From the NCBI GenBank assembly GCA_944387405.1, contig CALXET010000001.1, positions 256,969-320,968 on the forward strand: 64,000 nt of DNA. The letters are read 5' to 3'. The notes beneath the pieces are model-generated. The model did no database searches. It saw only the letters and a list, made by a program, of their open reading frames with translations, and was not told where the DNA came from. Position numbers and translations under genes: made by a program. This document shows positions 8,285-17,731 of the stretch, one piece after another (within the stretch, counting starts at the first letter, position 1; each line of letters opens with the position of its first letter). This DNA is from an uncultured Clostridia bacterium (GTDB lineage Bacteria > Bacillota > Clostridia > TANB77 > CAG-508).

Positions 8285-10945
8285 TTAAGCTGCATCATCC
8301 ATTTTTTCATCACTTGGATTACTACTCTCATCAGTAGTTTCTGCACTACTTTCAGAATCACTACCATCTACACTCTCTACTTTATCTGTATTAGTACTTG
8401 TTGAACTATCTTCATTTTGATTTTCTTGAGAAGAATTTTCATTACTATCTATATTATCCTCAATTTTATTTTCATTTGCATTTACATCATCACTATTATT
8501 GTTATTATTTGATGGCTTTTCTACTATAACTTCTTCTATAACTTTATCATCATTTTCTTTTTTCTCATTTTCAGTATTCTTACTTTCATCTACAGTATTT
8601 TTATTTACAGCTTTATTATTTTCATTCTTTTTTCCTTTATTTTTTGATGAATGATATGTACACTCAGTAGGTTCAGTACCTTTTATATAATATTCCTCAT
8701 ATGTATCTCCACAATATTTAGTAGCTTTTTTACCAGTTTTACTGCATACAGTACATGTAACTACTTTTTTAGGCTTTTCAAATCTTTTACCTTCAAGTCC
8801 TTCATGAATATCATCCATTACAGAAGACCATATTAAACCTGCAGGATTTCTTTTATTAAAATTAATTGTTTCATTTATATCAAATCCAAACCAAGTTGCT
8901 GCAGAATAATAAGAAGTAAATCCACATAGCCATCTATCATAATTTTCATTTGTAGTTCCAGTTTTAGCTGCAACATCCATATTTTTCATTTTGCAATATG
9001 TAGCTGTACCATATGTTCCATTAACAGGTTCTGTTAATAATTCTTTTACAACATATGCCGTTTCTTTTGAAAATACTTTCTTCTTTTTTTGTTTACTCTT
9101 AAGAACATTTTTCCCTTCCTGAGTTTCAATCTTAGTATAAAAAGTTGGTTCTATGTACTTACCATCATTTGCGATAGTTGCATATGCCGCAGCTGTTTCT
9201 AATGGTGTCATACCAGAATCTAAACCACCAAGTGCTAAAGCTAAGTTTTCATCTTTTTCTGTTAAAGTAGTAATACCCATCTTTTTCAAATATTTTATCG
9301 ATGTTTTAGGAGTAATCTTTTCCATCATTTTAACAAAAGGAATATTTTGAGATGACTCTACTGCTCTTCTTACAGTAATTTCACCTAAATATCCATCATA
9401 ATTTGTTGGATGGTAAGGCTCTTCTGATCCATCATTAAAGTCAGTTTCTTCATCTACAAAAGTAGTAGATGCTGTAAATATTTTCTTTTCTATTCCTGGT
9501 ACTAAAATAGCTAGTGGCTTAATCGCTGAACCTGTTTGTCTTTTAGCCTGTGTTGCTCTATTGAATCCTCTAGAAGTTTCTTTTTCTCCAAGGCCGCCAA
9601 CACATCCTACTACATAACCTGTCTTATTATCAATTACTACCATTGCAGCTTGTGAAGTTGCACCATCTGTATTTTTTGAATCTAATAAATACATTTTTTT
9701 ATTAAATTCTTTTTCCATTGTTTCTTGAATAGAATTATTTTGTGTACTATATATTTTTAAGTTTGCCATATATAAATAGTTTGTAGCAAATTCTTCAGAA
9801 ATATGCTTTCTTTCTGAAATATCTTTTATAACTTCAGATATTAATGCATCAGTATGATATGAATAAACATCAGGTTCTTTTTCTACATCAATATCGCCTC
9901 TTTTAAAATCTAGTCCTTTTTCTACTTCTTCTTTTGCTTTATTATAATCTTCTTGTGAGATATATTTAAGTTCAAGCATTTTGTTTAAAACTGTATTTGT
10001 CCTTTTCTTAATTTTTTCAGAATTATCTTCTCCTTCTCTAAATGGATTATAAGCATTAGGAGCATGATTTATTCCAGCTAAAAATGCACATTCTTCAAGA
10101 GACAAATCTTTAGCATGTTTTGAAAAATAATATTCAGCACCAGTTTCAACCCCATAAACATTTGGCCCTATATAAATAATATTTAAATATGCTTCTAATA
10201 TCTCTTCTTTTGACATAGCAACTTCTAATGCCATAGCTTTAGTCCACTCATCTACTTTACGAGTGACAGTTGCTTTAGTATTTCCAGTTAAATTTTTTAC
10301 TAATTGTTGAGTTATTGTACTTCCACCAAATGAAGCTTTTCCAAATGAAAATATATAATTTAGAGTTGCAGCACCTGTTCTTTTAATATCTACTCCTCCA
10401 TGCTTATAAAATCTTTCATCTTCTATCGCAACATATGCATTTTTTAAATTATCCGGCATCTCTTCAAAAGAAATATTTTTTCTATTTCTTTCGCTTCCTA
10501 TTTCACCAATTTTCTCCTCTGAAGTATCAACAATAATAGAAGGAGCATTTTTTATCATTTGTTTTGCAATACTTGTAAATCTTATAAGTGAAATAATAAA
10601 TAAAATAAATAATATTACAAGAACTATAATTAATACTCTAATAAGAATTTTAATTATCATTTTCTTTATTCTTGTTTTAGTATCTAGCTCTTCTTGCATA
10701 TTACCATCTATATCATTTTTATCATTTTTCTTTTTAGATGATCTTTTATTTATCTTTCTACTTGTAGCTCTACTATTTCTTCTAGAAGTAGAAGCTCTTT
10801 TTTCTTGAGAATCATTTATAATATCATCAATCTCATTATTTTTCCTTCTTCTTACTCTTTCTACATATTCTTCTCTACTTAGTCCTTCAGAAGAATGTCT
10901 TGATCTATTTTTTCTTCTATTTCCAGTTTTATTCACATACATCAA
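8285..10945 (-). CDS. Penicillin-binding protein 1A (class A PBP: transglycosylase + transpeptidase) with basic N-terminal and acidic low-complexity C-terminal extensions
   Basis: Contains GT51 motifs (EDERFYKHGGVD, GGSTITQQLVKN) and transpeptidase motifs (SAIKP, KTGTT). One TM helix. Confidence 0.9.
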   Translation of the reverse strand: MMYVNKTGNRRKNRSRHSSEGLSREEYVERVRRRKNNEIDDIINDSQEKRASTSRRNSRATSRKINKRSSKKKNDKNDIDGNMQEELDTKTRIKKMIIKILIRVLIIVLVILFILFIISLIRFTSIAKQMIKNAPSIIVDTSEEKIGEIGSERNRKNISFEEMPDNLKNAYVAIEDERFYKHGGVDIKRTGAATLNYIFSFGKASFGGSTITQQLVKNLTGNTKATVTRKVDEWTKAMALEVAMSKEEILEAYLNIIYIGPNVYGVETGAEYYFSKHAKDLSLEECAFLAGINHAPNAYNPFREGEDNSEKIKKRTNTVLNKMLELKYISQEDYNKAKEEVEKGLDFKRGDIDVEKEPDVYSYHTDALISEVIKDISERKHISEEFATNYLYMANLKIYSTQNNSIQETMEKEFNKKMYLLDSKNTDGATSQAAMVVIDNKTGYVVGCVGGLGEKETSRGFNRATQAKRQTGSAIKPLAILVPGIEKKIFTASTTFVDEETDFNDGSEEPYHPTNYDGYLGEITVRRAVESSQNIPFVKMMEKITPKTSIKYLKKMGITTLTEKDENLALALGGLDSGMTPLETAAAYATIANDGKYIEPTFYTKIETQEGKNVLKSKQKKKKVFSKETAYVVKELLTEPVNGTYGTATYCKMKNMDVAAKTGTTNENYDRWLCGFTSYYSAATWFGFDINETINFNKRNPAGLIWSSVMDDIHEGLEGKRFEKPKKVVTCTVCSKTGKKATKYCGDTYEEYYIKGTEPTECTYHSSKNKGKKNENNKAVNKNTVDESKNTENEKKENDDKVIEEVIVEKPSNNNNNSDDVNANENKIEDNIDSNENSSQENQNEDSSTSTNTDKVESVDGSDSESSAETTDESSNPSDEKMDDAA

Positions 10946-11337
10946 TCCTTTGTACTTAAATATTCATCTATAAGTTTTAATTTTTCTTTATCTTTTTCTC
11001 TTTTATTTTCTATAATCCATTTTCTTTGTATTTCTAATTTTAAAACATTAAAACCATCTATAACTTTAATGTCATTTAAATCAAAATCTTCAACTTTTAA
11101 TTCTATATTATTAGAAAGTTCATATAAATTTTCCATCTTAGTACTCTTTACTAGATTATATTTTTCTTTTAATTTGTTAAATAATTCTGGTTTTATTTTT
11201 AAGTCAATATCTTCAGTATCATTTTTTAAACCATACATTAAGTATGATCCTCCAGCAATTATACAAAACTTATCTTTAGGAAAACTTAAACTTTTAACAA
11301 TTTCTATAAATTCCTTTTTGTTCATTAAAAACCTCAA
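10942..11337 (-). CDS. Small protein with Pol-beta-type nucleotidyltransferase-fold signature (GGS…DIDL)
   Basis: Motif IAGGSYLMYGLKNDTEDIDLKI matches hG[GS]x9-13DhD. Its stop overlaps the PBP start (ATGA), which implies co-transcription. Confidence 0.35.
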   Translation of the reverse strand: MRFLMNKKEFIEIVKSLSFPKDKFCIIAGGSYLMYGLKNDTEDIDLKIKPELFNKLKEKYNLVKSTKMENLYELSNNIELKVEDFDLNDIKVIDGFNVLKLEIQRKWIIENKREKDKEKLKLIDEYLSTKD

Positions 11338-11459
11338 TTTATTTTAAAAATTATATTTAACATATTTTTTAATTTTTATTTATTTCAAATAAACTTATTA
11401 TTATTCGAAATTTTTATTTTATATTATTGTATACTAACTTATAATCTTTTTCAACAAAA

Positions 11460-11481
11460 CCGGCGGGGTCTTTTCCCCGCC
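11460..11481 (-). terminator. GC-rich intrinsic terminator of the GC-rich cassette gene
   Basis: ccggcgggg-tctttt-ccccgcc hairpin, followed on the minus strand by a U-rich tail. Confidence 0.7.
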
Positions 11482-11511
11482 ATAAAATAGTTTTGGTTAC
11501 TGTCTAATTTA

Positions 11512-12027
11512 CTATAAGAAGACAGCGCAAGAAATTTCATGCATCCTAGTTTCTCCATGCTCAAAAGTTAACGCAATCATGGTCCCCGGCATTTCCTCAA
11601 GGTTTACCCATGTAGCATCTGTTGTAAATGGTTTTAACCCATTTTCGTCAGTAATGCTTGCTTGCAAATAGTGAAAATTTCTTGTAGTGCGAATTGTCAT
11701 TTTTGTTCCAGGATATTTTCCCAGATACAGCTTTTTTGTTTTCGCACCGTTGTCTATGCGGCTATTTCCTCCTATTCTTTCTAACCGGAAGATCTTATTT
11801 TCATCAAGATCTATAAGATAGTATGACTGTTCAATCAAAACCGTTTTATATGTTCCTTTAATATATTCTACAAGACACATAGTCCTTACAGTAGTAGGAA
11901 CATATCCGATTTTTACATAGTCATCCCCTTTTTCTAGAATCTTGAAGTCTTTAAGCCCCATACCGTCTTCACATACAAGCAAAATGCTTTTTTTGCCATT
12001 TGTTTTTAGCATTTCAATCCGGTACAT
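11512..12027 (-). CDS. Hypothetical protein in a GC-richer (~38% vs ~25%) self-contained cassette
   Basis: RBS ggaggtaag precedes ATG 12025-12027. Own TTGACA-18-TATAAT promoter (12068-12097). GC-rich terminator downstream. No recognisable motif. Confidence 0.6.
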   Translation of the reverse strand: MYRIEMLKTNGKKSILLVCEDGMGLKDFKILEKGDDYVKIGYVPTTVRTMCLVEYIKGTYKTVLIEQSYYLIDLDENKIFRLERIGGNSRIDNGAKTKKLYLGKYPGTKMTIRTTRNFHYLQASITDENGLKPFTTDATWVNLEEMPGTMIALTFEHGETRMHEISCAVFL

Positions 12028-12067
12028 ATTCTTACCTCCTAATATTTTTTCCAAAGTATTATATAAC

Positions 12068-12097
12068 TTTTTGTCTTATTCTGTCAATTTTTTGCTA
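12068..12097 (-). promoter_or_regulatory. Consensus sigma-A promoter (TTGACA-18-TATAAT) for the GC-rich cassette gene
   Basis: Reverse-complement reads ttgacagaataagacaaaaagttatataat. Confidence 0.55.
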
Positions 12098-12113
12098 TAA
12101 CTAAAAATATACA

Positions 12114-12161
12114 CATAAATACTAATTTAAATTAGTATTATGTGTATATTTATTTTAAGTA
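12114..12161 (-). terminator. Long inverted repeat / terminator after the deaminase-like gene
   Basis: ~23-bp arms aaaatatacacataaatactaattt / aaattagtattatgtgtatattt, followed by a T-run on the minus strand. Confidence 0.5.
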
Positions 12162-12220
12162 TATTTACTTTATTTTATTTAATTTTATTTAATTTTGTTA
12201 TATTTATATTTAACTAAAAA

Positions 12221-14722
12221 TTAAACAATCTCTGGATTATCATTTATTATAGTATCTACAATAGTCTCATCTACTTTAAATGGAACTACATATCCTCCTA
12301 ATGAATTTGCCTTATCTTTTAGAGCTGTTACATCTGAATTTACATATATTCTAGCTTTTCCTTTACCATTCTTTGCTTCTTGAACTAAATTTGAAACTGG
12401 TGAATTACCATCAAAAGCTACTACGATAGATTTTCTTCTCTCAAATATCTCATAATTAAAGCTTTTATATATACCGAAACCTTCACTTTCATTAGATATA
12501 CAAACACCATTTAACTCATCTTCACTTATAAGTCTATTTTTCTCTTCTTTAGAAATGGCCTTTGGAATAATTGCATCAATCTCTAGATTTTTGTTATACT
12601 CTTTTGCAATATCTACTAGAGCTTTTTCATAACCTTGCATTTTATGTCCAACTACAAAATAAACTTTATTACTATCTACTTTATTTACTAATTCTTTAAT
12701 AGTGTTTAATCCACTTTCATTAATTACTGTTTTTCTATGTTTTGTATTAAAACTTCCACCAGCAATTATTATAGGAACTTTATCTATTGGAAGTGCTTTT
12801 ATTTTATTTTTTAATTCTTCTTCTGAGTTTAATTTATTATTAACTCTTAAGTCAATCTTTGGAACTATTTTTTTATATTTTTCTTCTAAATCTAATATAG
12901 TTTCTCTAATACTTCTTCCGTTACATATTTTTTCGAATTTCTTTTTCTTCTCTTCAAAATAATCGTCATTATAAGATATAATCTCATCTTCAACTTTTCT
13001 CATCTTTTCAAAATCATCATTTGAAAGTCCTATTAAATTTTGAAGACTTAATTGTTCATCTATTGTATCTACACCATATATTCCGCACCCATCTGTTCCT
13101 TGAACACATTTAATTCCATTTTCTAAATATTTTTTTAATGGATGATGCTTTAAATTAGTCAAGTTATTTAATCTAACATTTGACGTAAATTGGAACTCTA
13201 ATACTACTCCTGTCTCTTTCATCTCACATATAAGTTCTTTTCCTTCTTTTGAATTAAGATTAGCAGTATATAAACCATGACCTATTCTAAATCTAGGGAT
13301 CTTTTTCCCAGGGCTTACAGATTCTTTTACACACTCAATAGATTTTTTTACATTATCTCTTAATGAATCATTCTCTCCGGCATGTATTCTTATAGTAAAT
13401 CCCTCATCTTCATTATTTGCATATTTAACTAATTCTTTAATCATTGGTTTTAGTTCTGATATATCATTTATTTCTTCTCCTATAAAATCAGAACCTACTA
13501 CATACGGATCTTTTGCAACTGCATATAAGGCAACTAAATTATCTGCTAAATAATTGTCTGTAACTCCTTCTTCTTTTTTTATTGTTAAAGGAATTCTTCT
13601 AAGTCCCATTAAAAACCTAATTTTCACACCTGTATCTTCTTCGATTTTTGGAAGAACATCATGTGCATCTTCTAAAACTTTTATTGCGGGTTCTCCTAAT
13701 TTATTTAAATCTGTATCTGTAATTTCAGTATAATATATTCCTTGTTTTTTATATTCTCTTGCTATCCATAAATACTTATCTTGTCTTAATGTATTATTTG
13801 CATACTTACTTTTAGGCTTTGCATCTTCAAGCATTTTAAATAGATAATTTTTAATATCTTCTTCAGGAATTTTTTCAATATCTTCTTTATTTATTTTAAT
13901 TAAATCATCCGAAGTTTTTCCTTTACAAAATACATATCTATATAAATATAATTTTTCTAAGTTTGTAAATACTGCTTGGCCATCTTTTAATATTACTAAA
14001 CTGTTTCTTATTTTTGATATATTTTCTTTTGCATTTTCTATATTATTTAAAATTAAATCTGCAAAATTGATAAATGTATTATCATCAATTCTTCTAGTTA
14101 AATATTTTCCTGTAAGTCCACAATTTTCATATTCTTTTTCTACAGGAATCCTTCTTTTTAAAATTATCTCTTCTTGCTTTTTAGTAAGTTTTAAATTTAA
14201 TTTTTTAATATAATATAAAGGATATCTAAGCTGCCTTTTAATCCCCAGTGCAATTAAAACATCTGGTGACAAATTAGCATTCATATGTGTATGTAAATCT
14301 GTTCTAAATTTAAGTTTTTTAAGAACATATGATTTTAAGATAGTTTGGTGAATATTCAATTTATAATCTTTCGTCTGAGACATTAATGTTTTAGATATAA
14401 CAGGAATTCTTGCTTTAACTTCAATTCTATCATTATATATATTGGCAATTTTCATTCCTCCTAATCTTAAAATATAAACCTCCTCATTATCTCCATTTAA
14501 AGATGCTGGTATTATTCCTTTAATTATTTTCATGTCGTTTTCATCTTTTTCTATTGGAAGATTACATATCTTTGCTATATTTGATATTAAATTCCCTGTT
14601 TTATGATTTGGTGTACGTATTATAAAACAAAGCTCATCTATATTTTCTGTCTTATATAAATGAACTTGTATGTCTTTTTCTTTATCTAAGTAAAATTTAT
14701 TAAAATATATTAATTTTTCCAT
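12221..14722 (-). CDS. Large multidomain adenosine/AMP-deaminase-like protein (amidohydrolase core) with extra N- and C-terminal domains. The C-terminal domain may be a LOG/SLOG-like Rossmann fold.
   Basis: The core carries DLHTHMN (HxH), IRIHAGEN (HAGE), FRIGHGLY (RIGHG), EFQFTSNVRL (≈vCPiSNv.l) and VQGTDGCG (≈TDDP). The ORF is intact at 833 aa. The C-terminal ~200 aa reads IIIAGGSF…VVGHKMQG…VVAFDGNSPVSNLVQEA. Confidence 0.6.
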   Translation of the reverse strand: MEKLIYFNKFYLDKEKDIQVHLYKTENIDELCFIIRTPNHKTGNLISNIAKICNLPIEKDENDMKIIKGIIPASLNGDNEEVYILRLGGMKIANIYNDRIEVKARIPVISKTLMSQTKDYKLNIHQTILKSYVLKKLKFRTDLHTHMNANLSPDVLIALGIKRQLRYPLYYIKKLNLKLTKKQEEIILKRRIPVEKEYENCGLTGKYLTRRIDDNTFINFADLILNNIENAKENISKIRNSLVILKDGQAVFTNLEKLYLYRYVFCKGKTSDDLIKINKEDIEKIPEEDIKNYLFKMLEDAKPKSKYANNTLRQDKYLWIAREYKKQGIYYTEITDTDLNKLGEPAIKVLEDAHDVLPKIEEDTGVKIRFLMGLRRIPLTIKKEEGVTDNYLADNLVALYAVAKDPYVVGSDFIGEEINDISELKPMIKELVKYANNEDEGFTIRIHAGENDSLRDNVKKSIECVKESVSPGKKIPRFRIGHGLYTANLNSKEGKELICEMKETGVVLEFQFTSNVRLNNLTNLKHHPLKKYLENGIKCVQGTDGCGIYGVDTIDEQLSLQNLIGLSNDDFEKMRKVEDEIISYNDDYFEEKKKKFEKICNGRSIRETILDLEEKYKKIVPKIDLRVNNKLNSEEELKNKIKALPIDKVPIIIAGGSFNTKHRKTVINESGLNTIKELVNKVDSNKVYFVVGHKMQGYEKALVDIAKEYNKNLEIDAIIPKAISKEEKNRLISEDELNGVCISNESEGFGIYKSFNYEIFERRKSIVVAFDGNSPVSNLVQEAKNGKGKARIYVNSDVTALKDKANSLGGYVVPFKVDETIVDTIINDNPEIV

Positions 14723-14864
14723 ATATACTTTTATCCCTTCTACTTAATTATTTTTTCTGCTAGTTAATTTAATATTTTATCATATTTTTAATATAATTCC
14801 AATAGATTTTAGTAAAAAAGTTTAGTTTATGTAAACAAAAGAAGTCTAATAGATAGAAGTAAAT

Positions 14865-14906
14865 AAAAGCTTCTCTTTATAAAAATATAAATAGAAGCTT
14901 TTATTT
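14865..14906 (-). terminator. Terminator after mgtA
   Basis: aaagcttctc…gagaagcttt inverted repeat with a T-rich tail. Confidence 0.5.
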
Positions 14907-14924
14907 TTATTTATTAAATTTTTA

Positions 14925-17555
14925 TTAAATCCATTCTCCATTATTTCTAGACATATAAATCTTTTTAGCAACTAAAGCTACAACACAATATAGAGCAGTT
15001 ACTCCAAAGATTAATCCTATATATTGAACAGGAAGTACTACAAGTCCAATAGCCTCTCCTAAAATAGTAGATGGAACTATTAACGCAGCAATACATAGTA
15101 AAATTGATGATGCATATACTGCCTTATGTGCTCTACTTTGTATAAATGGTAATTTTGATGTTCTTATTATATGCATTCCTATTAAGTTAGAAATTATACT
15201 ATAAGAGAACCATACTGTTTGGAATAGTGCAACATCTGCTCCTCTTAATCCAAATCCAAACCAAAGTGATAAAAATACTAAAATATCAAAACATGAACTA
15301 ACAGGTCCCATGAATAATGTAAACCTCTTTAATCCTTTTATATCCCACTTTCTTGGTTTTTTCAAATACTCTTTATCAACATTATCAAATGGAAGAGTAA
15401 GTTGTCCAAAATCATATAATAAACTTTCAACTAATAATTGAATTGGCGTTTCTGGTAAAAATGGTAAAAATATACTTGCAATAATAACTGATACAACTTC
15501 ACCGAAATTAAAGCTAACTGCCATTTTAATATATTTCATTAAGTTAGCAAATGTTTTTCTTCCTTCTGTTACACCATCTAATAAAACATTTAAATCTTTT
15601 TCAAGCAGAATAATATCTGCAGATTCTTTTGCAATATCTGCACCTGTATCTACTGATATACCTACATCTGAATTTATAAGTGAAGGACTATCATTAATAC
15701 CATCACCCATATATCCTACAACATTGCCTGCATCTTTTAATATTCTTATAACTCTTGCTTTCTGTATAGGAGAAAGTTTTGCAAAAATATTAGTTTTCTT
15801 TAAGACCCTTTTTACAGCTAAATCTGACATCTTATCTAGCTGACTTCCTGTAACAATTTGATTTGAATTAATTCCGACTTTCTTACAAATGCAATTTGTT
15901 ACTTCTACATTATCACCTGTTAAAACCATAACTCTAATTCCAGATTTATTCATTCTTTCAATAGCTTCTTTTGCAGATTCTTTTGGAGGATCTAAAAATC
16001 CAATAAATCCGATTAAAACCATATCTTTCTCATCTGATACTTTAAAAGGTGAAATATTTTCAATCTCCTTATTCTTTTTAACACAGACAGCAATTACTCT
16101 TAGACCATCTTTATTTAAACTTTTAGTCATATCTCTTATACGTTCTTTAGCATCATTTGTAACTGGTAATATTTGATCTTTATATTTAGCTCTTGTACAA
16201 ATACTTAAAATTTCTTCAACTGCACCTTTTGTAATTAAAAGTTTTTCTCCTTCTCCTTCTACTACAACAGATAATCTTCTTCTTGTAAAATCAAAAGGAA
16301 TTTCATCTACTTTTTTATATGTTTTTGTATATTCGCTCATATCATTTTTAAGTGCTCTTTCAATTACAGCTTCATCAATATTTCCTTTAAGACCTGTTTG
16401 AAAATAAGCATTTAAAAAAGCATGTTTTAAAACTCCAAGATCTTCTGCTCCTTTTACATCTAAATACTTTTCAAGAACAATTTTATCTTCTGTTAAAGTT
16501 CCTGTCTTATCAGTACAAAGAATATTCATTGCACCAAAACTTTGAATAGAATCTAGTTTTTTTACAATAGTCTTTTTCTTAGACATTCTTACTGCACCTT
16601 TTGATAAGCTAGATGAAAGTATTACTGGAAGAAGTAATGGAGTAATACATATTGCAACAGCTACTGCAAAAGTAAATGCCATAACAGTTTCATGTTTTCC
16701 TGCATTAATCATAAATACGATTGGTATTAGTATAATCATTAGTTTTATTAGTAGTTTACTAATATTCTCTGTACCCTTTTGAAAATCTGATTTTTCTTTT
16801 CCTGTTAAAGTGTGTGCAACTTTTCCAAAATAAGTATCGTCTGCAGTATATACTACAACACCTTTTGCACTACCACTTATAACATTTGTACCCATAAAAC
16901 AAATAGTATTTAAATCAACAATTGACTCTATTTCATTTTCAGATATTTTGCTTTCTACATTTTTTTCAACACTATCAGATTCACCTGTTAAAGAAGATTG
17001 TCCTACATATAAATCTTTTGATTCAATAATTCTTAAATCTGCTGGAATCATATCTCCTGCAGAAAGCTTTATAACATCCCCTACTGTTACATCTTTTACT
17101 GGAATTCTTGATTCTTTTCCATCTCTTATTACAGTAGTCGTTGTAGCAACCATCTCTTTTAGTTTTTCAGCCGCTTTATTAGACCTATATTCTTCTATAA
17201 AATCTAATAATGTACTTACTATAACTAAAATTATAATTACTATAATATTTGCATAGCTAGGCTCATCTGCTAAGTATATGTCCGTATAACAAAGTACAAT
17301 TGCAATTCCTAGTAAAATACTATTAAATGCACTAAATAAACTTTCAAAAAAGTAATTATACCATCTTTTTGGTCTTGCTTTTTTTATAATGTTTTCCCCA
17401 TATGCTGAAATTCTTTTTGTAGCTTCATTAGAAGATAATCCTTTTTCTGTAACTTTATACTTGTTTACAAAATCTTCTTTAGACATTGTTGCAACTTTTG
17501 CATACTGAGAGTTAACATTATTATTTGCCTCTTCGACTTCTTTATCTTTAGCCAT
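14925..17555 (-). CDS. mgtA: P-type Mg2+-transporting ATPase (MgtA/MgtB family)
   Basis: DKTGTLT phosphorylation motif, TGDN, GDGINDSPSL. 876 aa with ~10 TM helices, and MgtA-like N-terminus. Confidence 0.8.
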   Translation of the reverse strand: MAKDKEVEEANNNVNSQYAKVATMSKEDFVNKYKVTEKGLSSNEATKRISAYGENIIKKARPKRWYNYFFESLFSAFNSILLGIAIVLCYTDIYLADEPSYANIIVIIILVIVSTLLDFIEEYRSNKAAEKLKEMVATTTTVIRDGKESRIPVKDVTVGDVIKLSAGDMIPADLRIIESKDLYVGQSSLTGESDSVEKNVESKISENEIESIVDLNTICFMGTNVISGSAKGVVVYTADDTYFGKVAHTLTGKEKSDFQKGTENISKLLIKLMIILIPIVFMINAGKHETVMAFTFAVAVAICITPLLLPVILSSSLSKGAVRMSKKKTIVKKLDSIQSFGAMNILCTDKTGTLTEDKIVLEKYLDVKGAEDLGVLKHAFLNAYFQTGLKGNIDEAVIERALKNDMSEYTKTYKKVDEIPFDFTRRRLSVVVEGEGEKLLITKGAVEEILSICTRAKYKDQILPVTNDAKERIRDMTKSLNKDGLRVIAVCVKKNKEIENISPFKVSDEKDMVLIGFIGFLDPPKESAKEAIERMNKSGIRVMVLTGDNVEVTNCICKKVGINSNQIVTGSQLDKMSDLAVKRVLKKTNIFAKLSPIQKARVIRILKDAGNVVGYMGDGINDSPSLINSDVGISVDTGADIAKESADIILLEKDLNVLLDGVTEGRKTFANLMKYIKMAVSFNFGEVVSVIIASIFLPFLPETPIQLLVESLLYDFGQLTLPFDNVDKEYLKKPRKWDIKGLKRFTLFMGPVSSCFDILVFLSLWFGFGLRGADVALFQTVWFSYSIISNLIGMHIIRTSKLPFIQSRAHKAVYASSILLCIAALIVPSTILGEAIGLVVLPVQYIGLIFGVTALYCVVALVAKKIYMSRNNGEWI

Positions 17556-17654
17556 TTTTTTGCTCCTCTCTTTAGTATTTTTATAAATTATATCACTAAT
17601 TTTTTATAATGTTTATCATACTTAAGATTATTTTATACAATTATTTCTATAATA

Positions 17655-17700
17655 ACCAAAAAAGTACTTATAATCAAAGGATTACAAGTACTTTTACAAT
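17655..17700 (-). terminator. Terminator after the suf genes
   Basis: agtacttgtaat…attataagtact hairpin, followed by tttttt on the minus strand. Confidence 0.5.
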
Positions 17701-17731
17701 AATATTAAATTTTTGTAATATTTTTATTAAA

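Noticed and set aside
17556-17731. Possible M-box (Mg2+) riboswitch upstream of mgtA
   Set aside because: The leader between the -10 (tgatataat) and the ATG is only ~30 nt. There are no conserved M-box helices, and the hairpin here is the suf-operon terminator.
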